Shown here piece by piece: positions 1 through 8,787 of a stretch of 32,000 nt of DNA. Source of the DNA: Edaphobacter aggregans (GTDB taxonomy: Bacteria > Acidobacteriota > Terriglobia > Terriglobales > Acidobacteriaceae). The stretch's first letter is position 1; each line of letters starts with the position of its first letter. A program made the position numbers and the translations under genes. The DNA is taken from assembly GCF_003945235.1 (NCBI RefSeq), contig NZ_RSDW01000001.1:2610001-2642000 (forward strand), given 5' to 3'. Under the pieces are notes generated by a model. It searched no databases. It worked only from the letters and a program-made list of their open reading frames with translations, and was not told where the DNA came from.

Positions 1-1
1 G

Positions 2-772
2 GGCGTGGACAAGAACCACGACCTTGCGCTGCTGAAGATCAACGCTCCAAACCTGACTCCGGCTGTGCTGGCAGACTCGCAGAACCTGATCGTGGGACAG
101 CGTGTGTACGCTATCGGCAATCCGTTTGGCCTGTCGGGCACGATGACGCGCGGCATCATCTCGGCAATCCGCTCTATTCATGGGCCGGAGAACAATCCGA
201 TCGAGGACGCGATCCAAACCGATGCGGCGGTAAATCCGGGCAACTCCGGCGGACCGCTGCTGAACTCGCGCGGCGAGGTGATCGGCATCACGACGCTGAT
301 TGCAAATAATGGCGCGGACCAGTCTTCGGGCATCGGGTTTGCGATTCCGATCAACACAGCGAAGGCTGTTCTGGACGACTTCGCAAAGTATGGCCGCGTA
401 CGGCGGCCTTCGCTGGATATCGTGACGATACCGATTGGCCCGGACATCGCAGAACAACTTGGCCTTCCTGCGGACTACGGCATCCTGATCGATCGCGTGA
501 TGCCGGGTGGCGCGGCGGACAAGGCTGGCCTGAAAGGTGGCACGCAACGTGCCTACCAAGGGAACACTCCAGTGATGCTTGGCGGCGACCTGATTGTTGG
601 AATGGACGGCCAGGAAATCACGAGTCCACAGGACTTATCGGCCGTGATGAACTCGCATCGCGCGGGCGACGAGGTGACGGTCACGATCTTCCGCGGCCGC
701 AAAAAGATGGACCTTAAAGTGCAACTGGGCGATGCGAAGGACCAGCAAGGAGTGCTCGGACAGCGCACTTAG
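2..772 (+). CDS. HtrA/DegP-family (S1C) serine endoprotease, C-terminal part with PDZ domain; 5' end truncated by the window edge
   Basis: The reading frame is open to the window edge. Motifs are DLALLKI (catalytic Asp region), GNSGGPLL (catalytic Ser) and a PDZ-like segment (GILIDRVMPGGAADKAGLKGG...GDLIVGMDG). Stop TAG at 770-772. Confidence 0.9.
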   Translation, partial: GVDKNHDLALLKINAPNLTPAVLADSQNLIVGQRVYAIGNPFGLSGTMTRGIISAIRSIHGPENNPIEDAIQTDAAVNPGNSGGPLLNSRGEVIGITTLIANNGADQSSGIGFAIPINTAKAVLDDFAKYGRVRRPSLDIVTIPIGPDIAEQLGLPADYGILIDRVMPGGAADKAGLKGGTQRAYQGNTPVMLGGDLIVGMDGQEITSPQDLSAVMNSHRAGDEVTVTIFRGRKKMDLKVQLGDAKDQQGVLGQRT

Positions 773-914
773 TTCGATCATCATTTTTCTTCTGTTCTCC
801 GTTGCGGCTCTCTGATATAAGTTGCGTTGACACCGTTGACATTTGTCTGAAGAGCTTCGTCAAAAGAGAGCGTTTCGCGTCTCGACGTCGTGATTCCGCA
901 AGCAGAGGAGCACC

Positions 915-1367
915 ATGCACGAGACCATTCGCGTCGGTCAAATGAGCGTCACCTTTATCAAGTCCCGCCACGAGACCCAGGACAGCCTGGACTTCTTCGA
1001 AGTGACCCTACCGCCGCTGGTCAGCGTCATCGTGCCCCACATTCACCGCGACTACGACGAGACCGTCATCGGGATGAACGGCGTCACCACTTGGACGGTC
1101 AACGGCAAGCAGATTCTTGTCGGCCCCGGCGACCAGCTCTTCATCGAACGCGGCACTCCGCACTTCTTCTGCAATCTCCATGACACGACAGCCAGATACG
1201 TGTGCGTCCAGACCCCGGGCATCATGGGGCCGGAGTATTACCAGGAGATCGCCGAGCACTACCACACCGACGCTCCACCCGATGTGGCTGGCATCAGCGC
1301 CGTGATGAACCGCTACGGCGTTACGCCCATCCTCCACAATAAACAACTGACAATCGCTAAACCCTGA
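915..1367 (+). CDS. Cupin-domain protein (small, function unknown)
   Basis: ATG preceded by GAGGAG. Cupin-like motifs are PHIHRDYDETVIGMNG and GDQLFIERGTPHFF. 150 aa. Confidence 0.75.
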   Translation: MHETIRVGQMSVTFIKSRHETQDSLDFFEVTLPPLVSVIVPHIHRDYDETVIGMNGVTTWTVNGKQILVGPGDQLFIERGTPHFFCNLHDTTARYVCVQTPGIMGPEYYQEIAEHYHTDAPPDVAGISAVMNRYGVTPILHNKQLTIAKP

Positions 1368-1414
1368 CGAACAAAATTTAACGTCTCGGGGATCGATAGT
1401 CGAATCAGATACAT

Positions 1415-1951
1415 ATGACTCGGCAAGAGAGTGCACTCGAGAGACGCCGCACACCCGTCCTATCGTGTTTCACGGCAGTTCTGGTAGCAGGCCTGATATT
1501 CGGCCACACCTCGGTCGCGCAGAACCATCCAACCGCTCCCGTCCGGAAAGAGGCACCCATGTCCCACGCGACAGGCCCGTTCGACGTCAAACTCACACCA
1601 CAGGACGATAAGCTCGACCCAACGCTCGCCCGCCTGATCATCGACAAGCAGTTCCACGGCGATCTCGAAGCCACGAGCAAAGGCACGATGCTCTCCGCCG
1701 GAACCGCAGTGAAAGGCTCCGCCGGTTATGTTGCGATTGAGCTCGTCACCGGAACTCTCCATGGCCGCACCGGGACGTTCGTGCTCCAGCACAGCGCGAC
1801 GATGAACCGCGGCATTCCCTCGCTGAGCATCACCGTTGTGCCCGACTCCGGTACTGGCGAGCTCACCGGCCTTACCGGCACCATGAACATCATCATCGTC
1901 GAGGGCAAACACTCCTACGACTTCAGCTACACGCTGCCGCTTACGGAGTAA
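1415..1951 (+). CDS. DUF3224-like secreted protein
   Basis: N-terminal signal-like segment (RRRTPVLSCFTAVLVAGLIFGHTSVAQ). The body (PFDVKLTPQ...DKQFHGDLEATSKGTMLSA...GSAGYVAIELVTGTLHGRTGTFVLQH) matches my recollection of the DUF3224 family. Confidence 0.7.
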   Translation: MTRQESALERRRTPVLSCFTAVLVAGLIFGHTSVAQNHPTAPVRKEAPMSHATGPFDVKLTPQDDKLDPTLARLIIDKQFHGDLEATSKGTMLSAGTAVKGSAGYVAIELVTGTLHGRTGTFVLQHSATMNRGIPSLSITVVPDSGTGELTGLTGTMNIIIVEGKHSYDFSYTLPLTE

Positions 1952-2009
1952 AAACCAGCTATCCCAATTCGCCCTAAGCTAAATCGGTGCCGTAGACTCA
2001 AGACAGCTT

Positions 2010-2402
2010 ATGACTCTACGACTGATTGCAGCGATCATCATCTTTGCAACACCCCTGGCTTTTTCCCAAGCAAGTGTTGCGACACTAGCTTCAACGACAG
2101 AGATTGCGTCCACGCCCATGCAGGTCGGCGGTGATGTTCTTGCTCCAAAACTCATCTCATCCCCCGAACCCAAATATCCTCGCCCGCTATTCCATAAGCC
2201 TAAGGCGAGTATCGTACTCGTCGGCCTTGTCGTCTTGCCGGACGGAACGACCACAAACGTGCACATCGTCAAATCCGGCGGCGATACGTTCGACAAAAGC
2301 GCGCTCAATGCCGTACAACAATATCGCTTTCAACCGGCAACATTGCGCGGCAAGCCAGTATCCGTCCAACTCAATGTAGAAGTACAGTTCAAAATCTTTT
2401 AG
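2010..2402 (+). CDS. TonB C-terminal-domain protein (small, secreted)
   Basis: Signal peptide MTLRLIAAIIIFATPLAFSQA. The C-terminal segment PKYPRP...VLVGLVVLPDGTTTNVHIVKSGGDTFDKSALNAVQQYRFQPATLRGKPV is a typical TonB_C fold signature. Confidence 0.75.
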   Translation: MTLRLIAAIIIFATPLAFSQASVATLASTTEIASTPMQVGGDVLAPKLISSPEPKYPRPLFHKPKASIVLVGLVVLPDGTTTNVHIVKSGGDTFDKSALNAVQQYRFQPATLRGKPVSVQLNVEVQFKIF

Positions 2403-2415
2403 CCAGGAACACCAA

Positions 2416-4185
2416 ATGCGAAAGCTGCTCATCTTCGCGATCGGAATCGCCATCTCTATGCTCACACCAACGGCGCCTGCCCAGCGTCTTGCCTCTGACG
2501 GAGCGGCGCAGACCTTCAGTTTCGTCTCCGATCAATTCTTCACCGACGTCTACTTCCACTTCTCCCCGACGCTCGGCACGCAGGCTGGGCTGCATCAGTA
2601 CAACACCCAGCTTGAGGACTACTCCGCCGCCAGCGTCGAAAAACAGATCGCCGCGCTGCACGCTTATGAGAAGAAGCTCCTCGCTATTGATCCGAGCGCG
2701 CTCGATGCCAATGTTGCGGCTGACTACCAGATCCTGCTCAACAGCATTCGGAGCCAGTTGCTCTCTCTCGAAGTCATCCGCAACTGGGAGAAGAATCCCG
2801 ACAACTACTCCTCCGGCGTCACCAACTCCATCTTTGTGCTGATGGAGCGGCCCTTTGCTCCCGTCAACACCCGCCTTCGGCAAGCCATCGAGCGCGAGAA
2901 GCAGATTCCCCAGGTCTTCGTCGAGGCCCGCAAGAATCTCAAGAACCCGCCGCGCATCTTTACAGAGATCGCGCTCGAGCAGATCGACGGCATCATCAGC
3001 TTCTTTCAGAATGATGTCCCTCTCGCTTTCAAAGACGCCACTGACCAAGCCGCCAAAGCTGAGTTCGTCAAGACCAACGCAGCTGTTATCGATGCGCTCA
3101 AATCCTACGGCGCATGGATGAAGTCTGACCTGCTACCTCGCTCCAACGGCGACTTCAAACTCGGCGCAGAAACATTTAGCAGGAAGCTCGCCTATGACGA
3201 GATGGTTGACATCCCTCTGGATCACTTGCTGCAGATCGGCTTCGACGACCTTCACAAGAATCAGGCTGAGTTCAACCGCATCGCCAAAGAAGTCGATCCA
3301 AGTAAGACTCCGAAAGAGGTCCTCGCCGAACTCGCAACCATTCACCCCACGCCCGACAAACTCCTCGGATCATTTCAGGACACTTTCGCAAGCCTCATCA
3401 GTTTCATCAATACGCACCACATCATCACGATCCCAAGCACTGTCGAGCCTACGCTACAGGAGACGCCGCCCTTCATGCGCGCCACCACGCAGGCATCAAT
3501 GGACCCTCCCGGCCCCTTCGAGACGCACTCTACCATCGCCTACTTCAACGTAACGCTACCCGAGCGAGACTGGACTCAGGCCCACATCGCCGAGCACATG
3601 GCTGCGTTCAATGTTGGCACGATCATCTCCACCAGCGTGCATGAGGCTTACCCCGGCCACTACGTACAGTTCCTCTGGATGCCGCAGTTCTCCAGCAAGA
3701 TCCGCAAGCTGCTCGGCGCCAACACCAACATCGAAGGGTGGGCCCACTACACGGAGCAGATGATGCTCGACGAAGGCTACGCCGCGCCGCCAGCCAACGC
3801 CACGCCGGAGCAGATTCGCGAATCGAAGCTCATCCGCCTCGGCCAATTGCAGGACGCGCTCCTCCGCGATGCTCGCTTCGTCAACTCCATCAAGCTTCAC
3901 ACCGGCCAGTTCACCTTCGATCAGGCGGTCGACTTCTTCGTCAGCGATGGCTACCAGTCGCGCTCCATCGGACTCGTCGAAACCAAGCGCGGCACTGCGG
4001 ACGCAACCTACCTCTACTACACGCTGGGCAAACTGCAGATCATGAAGCTCCGAGAAGACATGAAGCAGAAGCAAGGCGCAGCGTTTAGTCTTCAGGACTT
4101 TCACAATAACTTGATGAAGCAGGGCTTCGCACCAATCAAAGTCGTCCGCAAGGCCATGCTCCACGACGACTCGCCAGTTCTATAA
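2416..4185 (+). CDS. DUF885-family protein (putative secreted metallopeptidase-like)
   Basis: Signal peptide MRKLLIFAIGIAISMLTPTAPAQ. 589 aa, with a DUF885-type HEAYPGHYVQ motif. Confidence 0.8.
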   Translation: MRKLLIFAIGIAISMLTPTAPAQRLASDGAAQTFSFVSDQFFTDVYFHFSPTLGTQAGLHQYNTQLEDYSAASVEKQIAALHAYEKKLLAIDPSALDANVAADYQILLNSIRSQLLSLEVIRNWEKNPDNYSSGVTNSIFVLMERPFAPVNTRLRQAIEREKQIPQVFVEARKNLKNPPRIFTEIALEQIDGIISFFQNDVPLAFKDATDQAAKAEFVKTNAAVIDALKSYGAWMKSDLLPRSNGDFKLGAETFSRKLAYDEMVDIPLDHLLQIGFDDLHKNQAEFNRIAKEVDPSKTPKEVLAELATIHPTPDKLLGSFQDTFASLISFINTHHIITIPSTVEPTLQETPPFMRATTQASMDPPGPFETHSTIAYFNVTLPERDWTQAHIAEHMAAFNVGTIISTSVHEAYPGHYVQFLWMPQFSSKIRKLLGANTNIEGWAHYTEQMMLDEGYAAPPANATPEQIRESKLIRLGQLQDALLRDARFVNSIKLHTGQFTFDQAVDFFVSDGYQSRSIGLVETKRGTADATYLYYTLGKLQIMKLREDMKQKQGAAFSLQDFHNNLMKQGFAPIKVVRKAMLHDDSPVL

Positions 4186-4357
4186 AACCAACTCGATCGC
4201 GGATTTTCACGGACAAACACGGATCAAAAACCTATCGCGCCTTGATCCGTATTCCTCCGCCAGATCCGTGGTCACAGCTTCTGCCCCTACGGTGCTATCC
4301 CCTCGTCCACATCATCCTGCTAGGATTTTCCTCAACGAACCTGCATCCAAGGAATCC

Positions 4358-5245
4358 ATGACACAAGCTACTCATCAAAAGATCCGCAAAGCTGTCTTTC
4401 CTGCCGCTGGCCTCGGCACTCGCTTCCTTCCCGCCACCAAAGCTACACCCAAAGAGATGCTCTGCCTCGTCGACAAGCCGCTAATCCAATACGGCGTTGA
4501 AGAGGCTGTAGCTGCCGGTTGTACCGAGATCATCATTGTCACCGGCCGCGGCAAGTCCACCATGGAGGACCACTTCGACAAGTCCTTCGAGCTTGAAGCC
4601 TCCCTGGCCGCACGCAACAAGACCGCGCTACTCGAGATTGCGCGCTCCGTCTCGAAGCTGGCCAAAGTCACCTACACTCGCCAGCCCGAACCGCTTGGTC
4701 TCGGCCACGCGGTCCTGATGGCCAAGGAGATCGTCGGCAACGAACCCTTCGCCGTTCTGCTCCCCGACGACATCGTCGACGCCACTGTTCCGTGCATGAA
4801 ACAGATGGTCGAAGCGTTCAACGAGACGCAATCCAGCATCCTCGGATCCGAGGTCGTCGAAGGCGATGCGATCCAGAACTACGGCTGCCTCGACTGCGCG
4901 CCTGATCCAAAGAACCCGCGCCTCCTCGCCGTCAAAAACATGGTCGAGAAGCCTAAGCCCGGCACGCAGCCTTCGCAGAACGCCATTATCGGCCGCTACA
5001 TTCTCACCCCGCGTATCTTCGACATGCTCGAGACCATCACCCCCGGCGCAGGTGGTGAGCTCCAGCTCACCGACGGCATCAAGGCTCTGTTGCAGCACGA
5101 AAAAGTCTACGGCTTCAGCTACAAGGGCAAGCGCCACGACGCCGGTGACAAGCAAGGCTTCCTCCGCGCCACGGTCGAGTTCGGTCTAAAGCACGACCAA
5201 CTTGGGCCAGACTTCCGTGCGTGGCTCAAGTCCTTCCCTCTCTAA
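4358..5245 (+). CDS. galU: UTP--glucose-1-phosphate uridylyltransferase
   Basis: KAVFPAAGLGTRFLPATKATPKEM N-terminal nucleotidyltransferase motif, plus VEKP and GRYILTP motifs. I chose ATG 4358 rather than the track start 4268, because the 30-codon upstream extension has no family counterpart. Confidence 0.9.
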   Translation: MTQATHQKIRKAVFPAAGLGTRFLPATKATPKEMLCLVDKPLIQYGVEEAVAAGCTEIIIVTGRGKSTMEDHFDKSFELEASLAARNKTALLEIARSVSKLAKVTYTRQPEPLGLGHAVLMAKEIVGNEPFAVLLPDDIVDATVPCMKQMVEAFNETQSSILGSEVVEGDAIQNYGCLDCAPDPKNPRLLAVKNMVEKPKPGTQPSQNAIIGRYILTPRIFDMLETITPGAGGELQLTDGIKALLQHEKVYGFSYKGKRHDAGDKQGFLRATVEFGLKHDQLGPDFRAWLKSFPL

Positions 5246-5266
5246 AAATTTCGCGCTCGGGAAACT

Positions 5267-5306
5267 TCAACCCACGGCATCGCGTATTACACTTGCCGTG
5301 GGTTGA
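5267..5306 (+). terminator. Stem-loop after galU (13-bp perfect stem, 14-nt loop), no clear T-tract
   Basis: TCAACCCACGGCA (5267-5279) pairs with TGCCGTGGGTTGA (5294-5306). Confidence 0.45.
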
Positions 5307-5372
5307 CGGGCTTAGCCGCCCGGTCCACAGTCTGCACAAACAACATTTCAGCTTTTTGAAGGTGCCGCAAGA

Positions 5373-5876
5373 ATGAATCGATTCCTTCGATCCTCGCTCG
5401 TCATAGTGTGTTTAGCACCTCTATCCGCTCCCATCGTCCTGGCGCAGGACGCACCCGCCGCTCCGGCTGCACAGGCCACGCGTCCTCCACGCGGACCTCG
5501 TCCCAAGCCGACTAACATCAAGGCGCTCCCAGCAAACATCACCGGCGACGACCTCATCAAAATCATGCATCAGTATGAAGGCGACCTCGGCGTTGAATGC
5601 GAATTCTGTCACGCCCGCAACCCCGAGACGAAGCGCAATGACTTTCCTTCCGACGCAAACCCGGTCAAGGAGACAGCCCGCGCCATGATCCGCATGACGG
5701 ACGACCTCAACACCAAATTCCTGACGCAGCTGAGCAACCGCAAAACTACTGATCCGATCACCTGCGGGACCTGCCACCAAGGCATGGCCCACCCCTCGGT
5801 CTTCGTGCCCAAGCCAAAGAACCGTGGCGATCAGCCATCCGTAGGCGCCACGTCCCCGGCTCCTACCGCGCACTAA
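5373..5876 (+). CDS. Secreted dihaem c-type cytochrome, photosynthetic-reaction-centre cytochrome c subunit-like family
   Basis: Signal peptide and two CXXCH motifs (CEFCH, CGTCH). The context LGVECEFCH...ARAMIRMTDDLN...ITCGTCHQG resembles the PRC cytochrome c subunit family. Confidence 0.8.
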   Translation: MNRFLRSSLVIVCLAPLSAPIVLAQDAPAAPAAQATRPPRGPRPKPTNIKALPANITGDDLIKIMHQYEGDLGVECEFCHARNPETKRNDFPSDANPVKETARAMIRMTDDLNTKFLTQLSNRKTTDPITCGTCHQGMAHPSVFVPKPKNRGDQPSVGATSPAPTAH

Positions 5877-5893
5877 ACCACCTCTAGCCGTCT

Positions 5894-5919
5894 GGCGGGA
5901 TTCACAGCAGAATCCCGCC
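5894..5919 (+). terminator. Stem-loop after the cytochrome gene (10-bp stem, 6-nt loop)
   Basis: GGCGGGATTC (5894-5903) pairs with GAATCCCGCC (5910-5919). No strong T-run follows. Confidence 0.4.
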
Positions 5920-5972
5920 GTTGACTCCGGTACAGAATCCGCAGCCGCCTGCCTTTCATCCAATCTCACACG

Positions 5973-7037
5973 ATGGCAAACCACCCTTCCCTCTTCGATC
6001 CCATTCAGGTCGGCGATCTTCACCTTCCCAACCGCATCTTCATGGCTCCACTCACCCGCCTCCGCGGGACGCCTGACCATATCCCCAAGCCGATCATGGT
6101 CGACTACTACACCCAGCGAGCCAGCGCAGGCCTCATCATCTCCGAAGGCATTCCAATCGATCCACTCGGCGTGGGCTACGCTAACGTCCCTGGCCTGTGG
6201 TCGCAGCAACAGATCGAAGCCTGGAAGCCCGTCACGAAAGCTATCCACGACAAAGGCGGACACATCTTCGCGCAGATCTGGCACGTAGGCCGGATCTCCG
6301 ATCCCGAATTCCTTGGCGGGCAGCTGCCCGTAGCCCCCAGTGCTATTGCCGCGACTGGTACCGTCAGCCTCCTCCGTCCACAGCGGTCCTTCGTCACCCC
6401 GCGCGCACTCGAAACCGGCGAGATCAAAGGAGTCGTCGAAGCCTTCCGCCGCGGCGCACAGAACGCCCAAGCTGCCGGCTTCGACGGCGTAGAACTCCAT
6501 GGAGCCAACGGCTACCTCCTCGACCAGTTCCTGCAGGACGGCGCCAACCATCGCACCGACGAGTACGGTGGCTCCATCGAAAACCGTGCCCGCCTTATGC
6601 TCGAAGCCGCCGATGCAGCGGTCTCCGTCTTCGGCCCCGGTCGCGTCGGCATGCACCTCGCTCCACGTGGCGACGCCCACGGCATCTCCGACTCCAATCC
6701 CTCTGCCACCTTCAGTTACGTCGCCACAGAACTCGGCAAACGCAAACTCGCCTTCATCGCTGCTCGCGAACACGTCGGCCCCGACAGCATCGGCCCCAAT
6801 CTCAAGCAGCTCTTCGGCGGAGTCTTTGTCGCCAACGAAGCCATTGACCAGAAGACCGGCCAGCAGCTTCTCGACGAGGGCAAAGCCGACGCCGTAGCCT
6901 TCGGCAAACTCTTCATCGCGAACCCCGACTTGCCCGCCCGCTTCGCCAAACAAGCTCCACTCAACCGGCCCGAACCCAACACCTTCTACGCCAACGGTTC
7001 GCACGGCTATACCGACTACACTGCCCTCGCTGACTAA
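5973..7037 (+). CDS. Old Yellow Enzyme family NADH:flavin oxidoreductase / alkene reductase (NemA-like)
   Basis: The N-terminus LFDPIQVGDLHLPNRIFMAPLTRLR is near-identical in pattern to N-ethylmaleimide reductase. Also GFDGVELHGANGYLLDQFL and RTDEYGGSIENRARL motifs. 354 aa. Confidence 0.9.
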   Translation: MANHPSLFDPIQVGDLHLPNRIFMAPLTRLRGTPDHIPKPIMVDYYTQRASAGLIISEGIPIDPLGVGYANVPGLWSQQQIEAWKPVTKAIHDKGGHIFAQIWHVGRISDPEFLGGQLPVAPSAIAATGTVSLLRPQRSFVTPRALETGEIKGVVEAFRRGAQNAQAAGFDGVELHGANGYLLDQFLQDGANHRTDEYGGSIENRARLMLEAADAAVSVFGPGRVGMHLAPRGDAHGISDSNPSATFSYVATELGKRKLAFIAAREHVGPDSIGPNLKQLFGGVFVANEAIDQKTGQQLLDEGKADAVAFGKLFIANPDLPARFAKQAPLNRPEPNTFYANGSHGYTDYTALAD

Positions 7038-7045
7038 TCAACCGA

Positions 7046-7083
7046 AGCCGCGACCTCGGCAAAGTCGCGGCTCTTCATTTCTT
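7046..7083 (+). terminator. Intrinsic terminator-like hairpin after the OYE gene
   Basis: AGCCGCGAC (7046-7054) pairs with GTCGCGGCT (7064-7072), followed by the T-rich CTTCATTTCTT. Confidence 0.55.
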
Positions 7084-7151
7084 CGAAGAACCCGCGCTCG
7101 CGATCCTGCATCTCACTTGAGGATCACCTATCTGGTGAGACCGGAGAATGC

Positions 7152-7625
7152 ATGCCAAAAACCGCCGCCGCAACCACTGCTATCACCCGCGAAAAGCTCA
7201 TCGACCTCCTCAACGAAGATCTCGCGCGCGAGTACCAGGCCATCATCGCCTACGTGAATTACTCACAGGTCCTCAAAGGAGCGGCCTACATGAACATCGC
7301 CGCCGAGCTTGCCGTCCACGCCACCGAAGAGCTTGCCCATGCCATCACTATCGCCGGCCACATCGATTATCTCGGCGGCATGCCCTCGGTCACGCCCAAG
7401 CCCGTAAAGACCTCCGAGAAGGCCGAGGACATGCTCCGCTTCGATCTCGCAAACGAGAAGGAGACCATCGCTCAATATCGACGCCGCGTTAAACAGTGCG
7501 ACGAGCTAAACGAGTTCGCCCTCAGCGAGTCCATCCGGGAGATTCTCATGCAGGAGCAAGACCACCTAGTCTCTCTCGCCACCGCCCTTGGCATCGACCC
7601 GCCCAACCCGGGCATCGCCGACTAA
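7152..7625 (+). CDS. Ferritin-like domain protein (bacterioferritin-related)
   Basis: GGAGA lies upstream of the ATG. Four-helix-bundle-type pattern with paired E...H motifs (LAREYQAIIAY..., ATEELAHAITIAGHI..., NEKETIAQY..., EQDHL). Confidence 0.75.
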   Translation: MPKTAAATTAITREKLIDLLNEDLAREYQAIIAYVNYSQVLKGAAYMNIAAELAVHATEELAHAITIAGHIDYLGGMPSVTPKPVKTSEKAEDMLRFDLANEKETIAQYRRRVKQCDELNEFALSESIREILMQEQDHLVSLATALGIDPPNPGIAD

Positions 7626-7686
7626 TTCTCTTACAAAATCCGGATGCCCATCTTCGCGCGGTACGGTCGCGCAGGTGGGCTTCTGT

Positions 7687-7989
7687 CTAAGCTTTCCCCC
7701 GTATCTTCGCCGCCCACCACCGCGATCCCACCAGTAGAAACCGCCAGTCTTTCAGAAACTCCGGCGGCTTCCCTTCAATCGCGTGGCCGATAAACTGCAG
7801 TGCCCATCCCACCACAAACAATGCCACGGCATACCACAGCACCGAATGCCAGAAGATCGCCACCACAAACATCACCAGCGACACGATGATCATCGGAATC
7901 CCGAACGTATGCGTCAGCCGATTCAGTGGATGCTGATGGCTCTCCGAGTACTCCGCGATCCAACTCTCCCACGAACGTCCGCCAAGCAT
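7687..7989 (-). CDS. DUF962 (Mpo1-like) membrane protein
   Basis: YSESHQHPLNRLTHTFGIPMI and WALQFIGHAIEGKPPEF motifs with two hydrophobic helices. I prefer ATG 7989; the track start at 8013 is a GTG. Confidence 0.75.
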   Translation of the reverse strand: MLGGRSWESWIAEYSESHQHPLNRLTHTFGIPMIIVSLVMFVVAIFWHSVLWYAVALFVVGWALQFIGHAIEGKPPEFLKDWRFLLVGSRWWAAKIRGKA

Positions 7990-8080
7990 GCCCGGAATAC
8001 TACCCCCGCACACTCATCATTCGCCACCGCTAAAACACCAGGAGCGGCTATGCGGTCGAGTTCACTCCGCTTTGTTTTCT

Positions 8081-8668
8081 TTATTCCTTATCTCGCGTCA
8101 ACGTTGCGATGAAGTTCGGCTCCCAGGTCTTGCCTCCGTCGTCCGAGTACGCCTGTTCGACATGGTGTGAGTCCGGAGTGATGTCCGACCAGACAAATCG
8201 AACCAGGATGGTTCTGCCGTTGTATGTCTCCTGATCGAAAAGCTCGCCACGTCCATTCTTGAACTCACCAATCATAGGTAGATTCAAAGTGCCATCGCTG
8301 ATGTTGACGAAGGCCTGGCTCCACTGATGCGCTCCAGGGTTGTATAGAAACAAGGTCATGCCTTTGAAGTGAGTTGTGGCGTTACCGGCCTCGAGCTCCT
8401 CCATGTTTGCGCGACCATCCCAAATCTTATGGACCTTCACAGTGCCGTTGAGCTCGATCCAGGTTTTGGAGCCCGAGAGCGGATTCGCAAGGCGCATGAT
8501 GTGCGTCTTCCAGTTGCCAAAATGGAAGTCGAAGTCGTGTTGCCCGTCGCGTAATTGCTGCGATCCGGTTTCGGCGGCGACTGAGGTTGCTTGTGGAGAT
8601 GCAGGACGGGCGTACAAGAGAAAGCCAAGCATGCACAACAGAGTTCCAATACGTTGAAGCAAGTTCAT
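8081..8668 (-). CDS. Secreted protein of unknown function
   Basis: ATG 8668 is preceded by GGAGA. Signal peptide MNLLQRIGTLLCMLGFLLYARPASPQA, then a beta-rich body with an FDFHFGNWKTH motif. Divergent from the MocR-type regulator gene. Confidence 0.65.
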   Translation of the reverse strand: MNLLQRIGTLLCMLGFLLYARPASPQATSVAAETGSQQLRDGQHDFDFHFGNWKTHIMRLANPLSGSKTWIELNGTVKVHKIWDGRANMEELEAGNATTHFKGMTLFLYNPGAHQWSQAFVNISDGTLNLPMIGEFKNGRGELFDQETYNGRTILVRFVWSDITPDSHHVEQAYSDDGGKTWEPNFIATLTRDKE

Positions 8669-8787
8669 CCTATGTTCTCCAGATTCAGATTTGGTGTTCA
8701 ATCCGGCGAAGCGTGCGGCAAACGCAGGTCTATCGTTCCGGTCTCAAGAATGACCCGGCTTGTGGTATTTTCATAGAGCCACTTTCT

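Noticed and set aside
827-841. Tandem TTGACA hexamers (827-832 and 836-841) upstream of the cupin gene, possibly a promoter -35 element
   Set aside because: No acceptable -10 hexamer lies 16-18 nt downstream of either copy, so I do not call a promoter. It may still be a binding site.
4268-4357. N-terminal 30-codon extension of galU from the track
   Set aside because: The GalU family N-terminus (KAVFPAAGLGTRFLP) follows closely after ATG 4358. The extension overlaps the inverted-repeat region and looks non-coding.
5421-7004. 527-aa ORF on the minus strand
   Set aside because: It spans two well-supported plus-strand genes (cytochrome c and the OYE reductase) and the hairpin between them. The composition is typical of GC-rich antisense frames.
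8587-8787. Upstream extension of the MocR-type ORF (track start 8587)
   Set aside because: The extension overlaps the divergent gene and the intergenic promoter region and has no homology-like content. The HTH domain starts at ATG 8788.
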